64,000 bases of DNA, taken from an uncultured Eubacteriales bacterium. GTDB lineage: Bacteria; Bacillota; Clostridia; Oscillospirales; CAG-272. The notes under the pieces are model-generated. The model saw only the letters and a list, made by a program, of their open reading frames with translations. It ran no database searches and was not told where the DNA came from. Below, in pieces: positions 1 to 9,000 of the stretch (position 1 is the stretch's first letter; each line of letters begins with the position of its first letter). The position numbers and the translations under genes are program-made. The stretch spans positions 74,035 through 138,034 of the forward strand of contig CAJJIY010000001.1 in NCBI GenBank assembly GCA_905187695.1, read 5' to 3'.

Positions 1-68
1 ATCACAGCGTATATAAAAAATAAAATCAAGCCAAACTACGGTTGAAGGATGCATGAGGAGGATTTGTC

Positions 69-920
69 ATGCCGTTCAACCGTATTTTTTTCTGTTTTCT
101 GATTATTTCTCTGCTTTTTTTATTTGGCGGATGCCGGGAGTCTCAAAAACCGGACACGGATATGGATGCCTTTCCGGAGATACAGGAGAAAAAAGAGGAA
201 GCTCTCATGCCGGACTCTCCGAAAGAATTCCCGCAATCAAAAAAGGAGCAAGAAAAGCAAAACACTTTGGACAAGAAAGAAAATCCCGCCGATTTTTCGG
301 ATGAGGAAAAGTCCTTTCTATCCACGCTCACATTTTTAGGAGACTCGACCACGGCGCACATGATTTCTCGTGCGCCGTTACCGGATGGCGGGCAGAATTG
401 CGTCTGGGCAACCCGGAACCGTTATCTGAATCTGGATCCGCACATTACCGAAGCAAAAATCGTTTGCCCCGGAAATTCGGAAGAAATGACCATTGCCGAG
501 GCGGCGGCAGCCGTTCATCCCGCCCGGTTGGTGATTACACTGGGCGTGGATTACGGTGTTTATTATTATCGGAATAACCCCTTGGCATTCCGGCGGTGTT
601 ATCAAAAACTGTTGGACGCCATTTCGGCCGCTTCTCCGGATACGGAGCTGATCCTCCAATCCATTTTTCCGGTGGCCGCTTCCTGCCGCGTCATTGACGC
701 GGATATGATTAAAAAAGCCAATGCCGAAATTAAAAAATTGGCAGATGAGCGGGATTTGCTCTATGTGGATGCGGGCGGCGCGGTACTGGCAGATGAAAAC
801 GGATATCTGCGGCCGGAATTCCTTTACAGCGAGGACGGAATTCACTTGAATCAGGCGGCCTATACCGCTATTTTAAAAAATCTTTGCCGCTATCAAACAC
901 AAACGGAGAGTAGCTCATGA
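69..920 (+). CDS. SGNH/GDSL-family hydrolase, predicted lipoprotein
   Basis: 283-aa ORF. Signal peptide with lipobox LFGG|C. SGNH block I GDSTT and block V DGIHLN motifs. ATGA overlap with the next ORF. Confidence 0.75.
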   Translation: MPFNRIFFCFLIISLLFLFGGCRESQKPDTDMDAFPEIQEKKEEALMPDSPKEFPQSKKEQEKQNTLDKKENPADFSDEEKSFLSTLTFLGDSTTAHMISRAPLPDGGQNCVWATRNRYLNLDPHITEAKIVCPGNSEEMTIAEAAAAVHPARLVITLGVDYGVYYYRNNPLAFRRCYQKLLDAISAASPDTELILQSIFPVAASCRVIDADMIKKANAEIKKLADERDLLYVDAGGAVLADENGYLRPEFLYSEDGIHLNQAAYTAILKNLCRYQTQTESSS

Positions 921-1399
921 AAAAGTTTTTATTGTTTTGTCTGACCTTTCTCTTTCTTTTTTCAGCCTGTAAAAAAGAAGAACGGGATGTTCCGCCAAAT
1001 GAAATTTGTGGGAGCGTGGCCATGGCTCTTGGGAGTGAAAATTATTTGCTTGGCGAACCGGATTATATGGAAAGCGAGTTTGGGGATCTTGCTCAGAAAA
1101 CGGATTTTTGCGTGGTTTACCGGGATGGCGAGGACCTTTCGGAGTGCGGGGCATTTCGGGTCAATGAAAACCTGAGCGCGAAAGACCTTAAAGCCATGCT
1201 GGAAGAATACCTGAAAGAGCGCGCCGAAACCACGAAGGCGCTGTCTGACCTTTATCCCGCGCAAACGCTGACCGATAATCTTTCTTACCTGCAAAATGCC
1301 GACATTATCACGGGAAAGCACTGCGTTTATTATCTTGTTATGTCGGAAGAGGAAAAAAAGCAGGCGAAAAAGGCAATCAATGAAGTGCTTTCGGACTGA
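917..1399 (+). CDS. small predicted lipoprotein (DUF4358-like), function unknown
   Basis: 160-aa ORF. Signal peptide with lipobox LFSA|C. Translationally coupled to the upstream SGNH hydrolase and followed by a hairpin terminator. Confidence 0.55.
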   Translation: MKKFLLFCLTFLFLFSACKKEERDVPPNEICGSVAMALGSENYLLGEPDYMESEFGDLAQKTDFCVVYRDGEDLSECGAFRVNENLSAKDLKAMLEEYLKERAETTKALSDLYPAQTLTDNLSYLQNADIITGKHCVYYLVMSEEEKKQAKKAINEVLSD

Positions 1400-1420
1400 T
1401 CTGACTTCCCGTCAGGCTGA

Positions 1421-1450
1421 GAAAAAGGACTGCCGAAGCAGTCCTTTTTC
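1421..1450. terminator. bidirectional rho-independent terminator between convergent genes
   Basis: Perfect hairpin AAAAAGGACTGC-CGAA-GCAGTCCTTTTT with A/T runs on both sides. Confidence 0.8.
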
Positions 1451-2893
1451 TCATTTTTTGTGGCGTTGTTCTTTGATCATTCCGTATTTGATATCCCACA
1501 GTTTTTTGGAAAGGTCCACATAATAGTTATGGGGGTTATCAAACCGCTTTACTTCCTCCCACATGGTTTCCAGAGAGGCGCGGCAACGGTCGCGGATCAG
1601 GCGAAGCGGCGGAAGTTCGTAAACCTGCTTGCCGTTTTTGAAAATCTCTACCTGAAGCGGTTCGGCCTTGAAATTTTCAAAAGTCTTGGTTTTCCAGGTG
1701 TTTTCCGGGTCAAAGATTTCAAGCGGTTTGCTCTCGTCAATCACTTCGTCATGTACGCAAATCAGATCGGCTTCCGCCTTGGCATTTTCCCCGCCGTACA
1801 GCCGATAAACTTTTTTGAAGTGCGGCGTGGTGATTTTGCCGACATTTTCGCTCAATTTGATTTTGGGCTGAATGATACCGTTTTCGTTTTCCACTGCACA
1901 GAGTTTGTAAACGCCGCCGAATACCGGATCGCTTTTGGAGGTGATGAGGCGTTCGCCCACTCCGAAAGCGTCCACGCAGGCGCCCTGCTGGATCAGTCCG
2001 CGGATGATATATTCATCCAGAGAGTTGGAGGCAATGATCTTACAGTCAGTCAGCCTCGCCTCATCCAGCATTTTCCGGATCTTGCAGGAAAGATAAGTGA
2101 TATCGCCCGAATCGATCCGCACGCCGCATTTCGTGATTCCCATCTCCTTGAAGACGCGGATGGCATTCGGGATGCCGGATTCAAGGACATTATAGGTGTC
2201 TACCAACAGCGTGGCATTGTCCGGATAGATCTCGCAATACGCGCGGAAGGCCTCATATTCACTGTCAAACATCTGCACCCAGGAGTGTGCCATAGTACCG
2301 GTGGCCGGCACACCGAAAACTTCATCGGCAATGGCGCAGGCCGTACCGGCCACACCGCCGATATAAGCGGCGCGCGCACCGAGAATGGCTGCGTCCGCGC
2401 CCTGTGCGCGGCGGGAGCCGAATTCACTGATGGCTCTTCCCTTTGCCGCACGGGTAATGCGGGCAGCTTTGGTGGCGATCATGGATTGGTGATTGAGCAT
2501 CATCAGCACATAAGTCTCAATAAACTGCGCTTCCATGGCCGGTGCACGCACGGTAATAAGCGGTTCGCCCGGAAAGACCACTGTTCCTTCCGGAATCGCG
2601 TATACATCGCCGGTAAAGCGGAAATTCTTCAGATAAGCCAGAAAATCTTCGTTAAAGCAACCTTTGGAGCGCAGATAGGAAATGTCTTCTTCGTCAAAGC
2701 GCAGATTGTTGATATATTCCACAATCTGTTCCAATCCGGCAACAATGGCATAGCCGCCGTTATCCGGATTTTCTCTGTAAAAAACATCAAAATAAGCAAT
2801 CTTGTCTTTCATACCCTGGCAGAAATAGCCGTTTGCCATGGTGAGTTCATAATAATCAAAAAGCATTGTGAGATTGCGCGAAATTTTTTTCAT
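1451..2893 (-). CDS. pncB: nicotinate phosphoribosyltransferase
   Basis: 480 aa from the ATG at 2893 (MKKISRNLTMLFDYYELTMANGYF, the typical NAPRTase N-terminus). NAPRTase family signature throughout. The longer 519-aa ORF extension has no support. Confidence 0.9.
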   Translation of the reverse strand: MKKISRNLTMLFDYYELTMANGYFCQGMKDKIAYFDVFYRENPDNGGYAIVAGLEQIVEYINNLRFDEEDISYLRSKGCFNEDFLAYLKNFRFTGDVYAIPEGTVVFPGEPLITVRAPAMEAQFIETYVLMMLNHQSMIATKAARITRAAKGRAISEFGSRRAQGADAAILGARAAYIGGVAGTACAIADEVFGVPATGTMAHSWVQMFDSEYEAFRAYCEIYPDNATLLVDTYNVLESGIPNAIRVFKEMGITKCGVRIDSGDITYLSCKIRKMLDEARLTDCKIIASNSLDEYIIRGLIQQGACVDAFGVGERLITSKSDPVFGGVYKLCAVENENGIIQPKIKLSENVGKITTPHFKKVYRLYGGENAKAEADLICVHDEVIDESKPLEIFDPENTWKTKTFENFKAEPLQVEIFKNGKQVYELPPLRLIRDRCRASLETMWEEVKRFDNPHNYYVDLSKKLWDIKYGMIKEQRHKK

Positions 2894-2994
2894 GATATCA
2901 TCCTTTCGGAAAAAGTAGATGTATAAAGTATACCATATTTTACACAGTTTGAAAAGAGGTTTCCGGAAAAAGACCGTTTTTTTCGTGAAAGCGG

Positions 2995-3023
2995 TTGCTT
3001 TTAAGCGCAAAAAATGATATACT
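2995..3023 (+). promoter_or_regulatory. sigma-A type promoter for the TVP38-family gene
   Basis: TTGCTT-17 nt-TATACT with an extended -10 TGa. Confidence 0.6.
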
Positions 3024-3063
3024 CATGAAAAAGAACCGATTAAACACAAAGGGAGGCGGTCTG

Positions 3064-3768
3064 TTGGACAAGCAAAAAAAGCAACGCATCGTCTATGCTG
3101 CAATTCTTTCCCTCTTTTTTCTGGTGATTGTTCTACTGACGATAATTTTTTGGAATAAACTGACCGGAATTGTCAAAGACCCGCAGTCGTTTCGTGAAAG
3201 AATTGAAAAAAAGGGTTGGGGTGGGAAAGCGCTGTTTGTAGCACTGATGGCCGCGCAGGTCGTGTTGGCTCCTGTTCCGGGGCATCCTTTTGAAGTGGCC
3301 GGCGGCTATTGCTTCGGATTCCTTTGGGGAACGGTTCTGACCAGCCTTGGCGCCGCGCTGGGTTCACTGATCGCTTTCCTGCTCTCAAGATTGCTTGGCG
3401 CGCGGGTCATACACATTTTTTATTCCGAAGAAAAGCTAAAGAAAGCGGCCTTTCTTCAATCCGGCGAAAAGCAGAATTTTTTAACCTTCGTCGCTTTTCT
3501 CGTGCCCGGATTGCCCAAAGATATGCTGGCCTATTTCATGGGTCTGACCTCGATGCGGTTGCCGACCTTCCTTTTGATCTCCACCGTTGGGCGGTTGCCC
3601 GGTATCATGATGGCAGTTCTGGGCGGCATGGCCGTTCAGACGCAGGACAAACGAATCTATCTTGCTTTTGCGCTTGTAACTATCGCCATGATCGCAATAT
3701 CTGCTCTTTATTACCTGATAAAAAGGCGCAAAAAGGCGCCTGAAAAGATGGAAAATAAAAAACCGTGA
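3064..3768 (+). CDS. TVP38/TMEM64 (DedA-related, SNARE-associated) family membrane protein
   Basis: Polytopic membrane ORF with VLAPVPGHPFEVAGGYCFG and LPKD family motifs. Start set at TTG 3064, 7 nt after GGGAGG (3051-3056). The upstream ATGs (2995, 3025) lie inside or upstream of the predicted promoter. Confidence 0.7.
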   Translation: MDKQKKQRIVYAAILSLFFLVIVLLTIIFWNKLTGIVKDPQSFRERIEKKGWGGKALFVALMAAQVVLAPVPGHPFEVAGGYCFGFLWGTVLTSLGAALGSLIAFLLSRLLGARVIHIFYSEEKLKKAAFLQSGEKQNFLTFVAFLVPGLPKDMLAYFMGLTSMRLPTFLLISTVGRLPGIMMAVLGGMAVQTQDKRIYLAFALVTIAMIAISALYYLIKRRKKAPEKMENKKP

Positions 3769-3808
3769 GAAAGAATTTTCGCTCTTTCTCACGGTTTTTC
3801 TCTTTTTT
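3763..3808 (+). terminator. rho-independent terminator
   Basis: Hairpin CCGTGAGAAAGA-8 nt loop-TCTTTCTCACGG followed by a T-rich run. Confidence 0.8.
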
Positions 3809-4371
3809 CAACTTTCAATAAACAGTTTCTGATATTGACGACCATTCAGCGCAGATTCCAGCGTGGGCAGCAGTTTGTCAAAATCGGCTACCAACGAGTG
3901 TGGCTTTTTTATGGGATCATCCTGTCGCATCGGTACGAAAAAAACTTCTTTCCGTGCCAGCAATATGCCGATGTTGGTAAGATTGGCCGAAAGCGCGTCG
4001 TTGGACGCCAACGCGATTACCAGCGGCCGATCGCTCCGCAGATGTGCCTTGGCTGCCATGGTAACGGCTGAATCGGTAATGCCGTTTGCCATTTTTGCCA
4101 GTGTGTTGCCGGTGCAGGGGCAGATGACCAGCGCTTCAAGCGGTTTTTCCGGCCCCAACGGTTCCGCGTCCACAATATGATGAATCACGGGCCGGCCTGT
4201 CAGTTTTTCTACCTTTTCCAGTAGATCCTCCGCTTTTCCGAAACGCGTATCGGTTGAAAAGACCGTCTCGCTGAATATGGCCTGAACGGGATAGCGAAGG
4301 CAGAGCGCCTCCAGTTTGGCAAGCGCCTTTTTATGCGTGCAAAATGAGCCGCAAAAGGCAAATCCGATCAT
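3808..4371 (-). CDS. dpaB: dipicolinate synthase subunit B (flavoprotein family)
   Basis: 187 aa from MIGFAFCGSFCT. SpoVFB-type flavoprotein fold. ATGA overlap with dpaA upstream. Confidence 0.85.
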   Translation of the reverse strand: MIGFAFCGSFCTHKKALAKLEALCLRYPVQAIFSETVFSTDTRFGKAEDLLEKVEKLTGRPVIHHIVDAEPLGPEKPLEALVICPCTGNTLAKMANGITDSAVTMAAKAHLRSDRPLVIALASNDALSANLTNIGILLARKEVFFVPMRQDDPIKKPHSLVADFDKLLPTLESALNGRQYQKLFIES

Positions 4372-5240
4372 GTTTCTTCCCTCCTTTCCAGATGGGAAAG
4401 GACGCACTCCGCCAGAATTTCGCCGGCACTGACCGGTGCGTATTTTCCGGGTAACCCGGGCGCACGGATGACGGTGACATTGGGAGGAACTTTTCCTTTT
4501 ACACAGCCGGGCGCGGACGAAAGATCGATTAGCGGCGTTTTTGAAATTCCCATGGCCAGCAGAATTTCCTCACTGAAGAGCGGAGCCGGAACGGTATTCA
4601 GAACGGCCGCAAATGATACGGCCGCAAAAAGCCGGTCTGGATCATCCAGAAGAAGCGTTCCATATCCGCTGCCGGCGGCTTCTTTCAGTACTTCTTCCCG
4701 CCGGGCGGCCACCGTGACCTGAGCGTTACAGCCGCGCAGCAGGCGCCCCAATGCCTTTCCGACCCGGCCGAATCCGACCACCAGCAGCGGCAATCCGGAC
4801 AGCGTGCGTTCCTCCAGCTTCATCAGAATTTCCAGTGTGCCCTCCGCCGTCGGCGTGGCATTTTTTTCCTGAAAAACATCATCTTTCGCATAATCAAAAA
4901 ACGTATGGTTTGTCGCAAACAATCCGGAACTTTCCGGCAGCATTCCACCTGCCAGCAACGCGCCGGACGGAAAAAGCAAACCGAGTTCGGATATTTTCGG
5001 CTTTCTTGTTTCAGGCGGTAAAAGCGGACAAAAAAGCTCCCCTTCTTTGAAAGCCGGCAACGGCAACAGCGCAGCCACGGCATCGGACAGTGCCGCGGGC
5101 AGTTCGGCCACTTTTGCGCCGGGCGGCAAAAGCGGTGCGGGAATACCAAAAACAAACGGCTCATATCCGCGTTTTAAAAGGAATGCGGTGGCTGCAATCA
5201 TCCGTCTGTCGCCACCAAGAACAGCAATTTTCCGGGTCAT
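4368..5240 (-). CDS. dpaA: dipicolinate synthase subunit A
   Basis: 290 aa from MTRKIAVLGGDRR. Second Rossmann motif VVGFGRVGKAL. Paired with and overlapping dpaB. Confidence 0.8.
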   Translation of the reverse strand: MTRKIAVLGGDRRMIAATAFLLKRGYEPFVFGIPAPLLPPGAKVAELPAALSDAVAALLPLPAFKEGELFCPLLPPETRKPKISELGLLFPSGALLAGGMLPESSGLFATNHTFFDYAKDDVFQEKNATPTAEGTLEILMKLEERTLSGLPLLVVGFGRVGKALGRLLRGCNAQVTVAARREEVLKEAAGSGYGTLLLDDPDRLFAAVSFAAVLNTVPAPLFSEEILLAMGISKTPLIDLSSAPGCVKGKVPPNVTVIRAPGLPGKYAPVSAGEILAECVLSHLERREET

Positions 5241-5265
5241 GACATCACATCCCATCTTATATTAC

Positions 5266-5287
5266 AAAAACCGCCGAAGCGGTTTTT
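5266..5287 (-). terminator. rho-independent terminator after birA
   Basis: AAAAACCGC-CGAA-GCGGTTTTT hairpin 40 nt downstream of the birA stop. Confidence 0.75.
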
Positions 5288-5329
5288 GCATCTACTTTGA
5301 TTTTATGTCATTCCGGTGCTTTTTGCGCC

Positions 5330-6037
5330 TTATTTTGTCGGACGAAGCGAAATTTCGTCGCCGTAAATGGCGTGGATTTCCCCGTTTTCCTCGCGCAAAA
5401 CAAGTTCGCCCAACGGGCCGATGGAAAGTGCCGTGGCCACACGCTGCTCGCCCGCAGGCGCAATGATACGCACCGGCTGCCCCAAAAAGCGACAGGCCGC
5501 CTGATATTCCGGTAAAAAATCACCGGCAGCCACGGCAGAGTGATGCTCTGAAAGCTCAGAAAGTATCGCGCGGCAAAGCTGTTCCGGATGCGAAAAAGGT
5601 GCGCAAGCGGCAAATTCCCGGACCTCTTCGGGCAATTCTGTCCCGGTATTGATCCCGATTCCGACCACCGCAAAAGGAACGCCGTTTTGATCGATCCCGC
5701 TTCCGGACAAAATACCGCAAATTTTTTTACCGTCCAACAAAAGATCGTTAACCCATTTGATATCGGCACGCACACCGATTAGCGAAAGCAACGCGCGACG
5801 AACGCAGACGGCCGCAAACGGTGTCAGCAACACATATTGCTCGGCCGGATACTCCGGACGCAATACCGTACTGAAATAAGTGCCGCCGGGCGGCGAGAGA
5901 AAACGCCGATCCAATCGGCCGCGGCCGGCATTTTGCCGGCGTGCCAGCACTGTGTAAAATTCTTTTGCGCCCTCTCGCGCCGCCGTAAACGCCAATTCCT
6001 GCGTGGACGGGATTTCATCGTAAACTTTTATTTCCAT
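5330..6037 (-). CDS. birA: biotin--[acetyl-CoA-carboxylase] ligase (group I, no N-terminal HTH)
   Basis: 235 aa. GRGRLDRRFLSPPGG biotin-protein-ligase signature. The start lies 1 nt after the polC stop. Confidence 0.85.
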   Translation of the reverse strand: MEIKVYDEIPSTQELAFTAAREGAKEFYTVLARRQNAGRGRLDRRFLSPPGGTYFSTVLRPEYPAEQYVLLTPFAAVCVRRALLSLIGVRADIKWVNDLLLDGKKICGILSGSGIDQNGVPFAVVGIGINTGTELPEEVREFAACAPFSHPEQLCRAILSELSEHHSAVAAGDFLPEYQAACRFLGQPVRIIAPAGEQRVATALSIGPLGELVLREENGEIHAIYGDEISLRPTK

Positions 6038-6038
6038 C

Positions 6039-9000
6039 TCAGAACATTGAAAGTTGATCGGTTTCCTGAATGTTTTTGAAGACCCCTGCGTTTCTCAGGG
6101 TTTCAAGCACGCTTTTATTGAGTTTGGCACGGATCTGCAAGTCTTCTACCGAAAAGAAAGGCTCTTTTTTACGCTCGCTCACAATGCCGAGCGCCGCCGA
6201 TTCGCCCACGCCGGGCAGAGAGGAAAACGGCAACCGAATGGCTCCGTTCTCCGGCAGATAGGCCTTTGCATCGGATTTTTCAAGGTCGATCGGCAAATAG
6301 CGGATGCCGCGTGCCATGCTCTCCTGAACCAATTGCAGCATCGGCACAGAAGCAATTTCAATCGGGGCAGCGGCTTTCCCTGCCTTGGTAATCTCCTGAA
6401 TACGGGCATCCACCTGCCGTTTTCCCCGCAAAATGACATTGGCGTCAAGACCGTCTCCTGCCACGGTAAACATGGCACAGTAAAAGGTGAGCGGAAGGTT
6501 GATCTTATACCATCCGAGACGAATGGCGGACATGGCGTAAGCCGCGGCGTGCGCTTTCGGAAACATGTATTTGATCTTTTTACAGGAAGCAAGATACCAG
6601 TCCGGCACATTGTGTTCTTTCATCTCGGCTTCCCATTCCGGCGTAAGACCGCGGCCTTTCCTCACCGATTCCATAATCTTAAACGCATGGCTTCGGTCAA
6701 GGCCGTACCGGATGAGGTCGAGCATGATACTGTCCCGGCATCCGATCACATGGGAGATATCGCAAATGTTGTTTTTGATGAGTTCTTCGGCATTCCCGAG
6801 CCACACATCCGTGCCGTGCGTCAGACCTTCAATCTGCAAAAGATCCGCAAAGTTTTTGGGCTTTGCCTCGGTCAGCACCTGCTGAATAAAGCGTGTGCCC
6901 AGTTCCGGAAGTCCCCATGTGCCAAGCTGACAACCGCCGATTTCCTCCGGACGGATCCCCAGCGGTTCGGTACTGCGGAAAAGTTCGTAAATACGCCGGT
7001 CATTCATCGGTACATCCAGAACCGAGGTGTCCGAAAAGCGCTCCAACCATTTATACTTGGTTGGCATATCATGCCCGAGCTCGTCCAGTTTGAGAAGTGT
7101 GTCGTGCAGATATTCAAAGGTGAAATGTGTGGTGACAATATCGGAATTCGGGTCATCGGCGGGGTGCTGAACCGGGCAGAAATCATAAATTTCATATTCT
7201 TTTGGAACCACCACGATACCGCCGGGATGCTGACCGGTAGTGCGTTTGACGCCCACGCAATGAAGTGCCAGACGGTTCATTTCGGCTCTGGGAAGCGAAA
7301 TTCCCTTTTCCTCTAAGTATTTAAGGACAAAACCGAAAGCGGTTTTTTCGGCCAGTGCACCAATCGTACCGGCACGGAACACATTTTCAGCGCCGAAAAG
7401 CGTCTCGGTATATTTATGAACTCTGCCCTGCACTTCGCCCGAAAAATTGAGGTCGATATCCGGCGATTTGTCGCCGTAAAATCCAAGAAAGGTTTCAAAG
7501 GGAATGTCGTGACCGTCGCCTATCAGTTTTTCGCCGCACCGGGGGCATACTTTGTCCGGCAAATCAAAACCGGAACCCACGCTGTTGTCTGTGAAAAATT
7601 CGCTGTACTGACATTTGGGGCAATAATAATGCGGCGGGAGCGGATTTACCTCCGAAATACCGGCCATAGAAGCCACGAAGGAAGAACCGACCGAACCGCG
7701 CGAGCCGACCAGATACCCCTGTTCTTCGCTGTAATAAACCAGTTTCTGCGCGATCATGTAAAGCACTGCAAAACCGTTCTTGATAATGGAATTCAGTTCC
7801 TTATCCAACCGATTTGACACAATCTCCGGGAGAGGGTCGCCGTACAGTTTCCGGGCGCGCTCGTGGCAGATGCGTTGCAGATCCTCCTCCGCGCCGTCCA
7901 TATGCGGCGTGAATGTCCCTTTGGGAAAAGGGCGGATATCGTTTTCAATCTGATCAGCGATGGCGTTGGTATTGGTAACCACCACTTCATAGGCTTTTTC
8001 TTTGCCAAGGTATTCAAATTCGGCCAGCATTTCCTCGGTGGTGCGGTAATAAAGATGAGATTCCCTGTCTTCGTTTTTGAATTTGGCACTGACCATCACA
8101 CGGCGGAAAATATCGTCTTCATCATCCATAAAATGAGCATCGCAGGTGGCCACCACCGGGATATTCAGTTTTTCGCCCAGTGCAACCACGCGGCGGTTGA
8201 GGTCGCGAAGTCCCTCTTCATCGGCAATGCGTCCTTCTTCCACCAGAAAACGGTTGTTGGAGATCGGTTGAATTTCCAGATAATCATAAAACCGCGCAAT
8301 CTCCTCGATCTCGCCCTCGGGCTTGTTATCCAGAATGGCACGCATCAGTTCGCCCGCTTCGCAGGCAGATCCCACAATGAGCCCTTCCCGGTATTTTTCG
8401 AGCAGCGTTTTGGGAATGCGGGGCACTTTGTAAAAATATTGAAGATAGCCGGCTGAAACCAACCGATAGAGATTTTTCAGCCCGGTTTTGTTTTTCACCA
8501 ACAGAATCTGGTGATAGGAAGGCAAACGAAGCACATCGGAATCCTTCGCCATGTCTTCCTGCAGTCCCTTAAAATTCCGGATCTCCTGCCGCTTCATTTT
8601 TTCCTGCATGGCAAAATAGATGAGCGCCAGCATTTCCGCATCGTCACAGGCGCGATGATGGTTAAAATCTCCAAGATGGAAATATTCAGCCAGCGTATCG
8701 AGCTTATGGTTTTTGAGTTCCCGGTTGAGATGCCGCGAGAGCGCCACGGTATCCAGATACGGATTGGCGAAAGGCAACTGACAACGGTTGGCCGCGGCAC
8801 GGATAAAGCCGACATCAAAATCGGCATTGTGCGCAATCAGCAGTCTGTCTTCGATGAAAGCAAAAAATTCGGGCAAAACCTCTGCGATGGTCGGCGCGTC
8901 CTTTACCATTTCATCGGTGATGGAGGTCAGTTTGGTGATTTCGGGCGGGATAGGCATTTCGGGATTGACAAAGGTGTTGTAACGGCGAAGGACTTCCCCG

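Noticed and set aside
1460-2926. 488-aa plus-strand ORF (and the similar case 33568-34953, 461 aa).
   Set aside because: They are antisense to pncB and pgi respectively, with no independent support.
5241-5329. Possible sigma-K type promoter upstream of dpaA (spoVF is sigma-K dependent in B. subtilis).
   Set aside because: Only a loose TAATATAAG stretch is present, with no convincing AC-16/17-CATAnnnTA match. Not reported as a feature.
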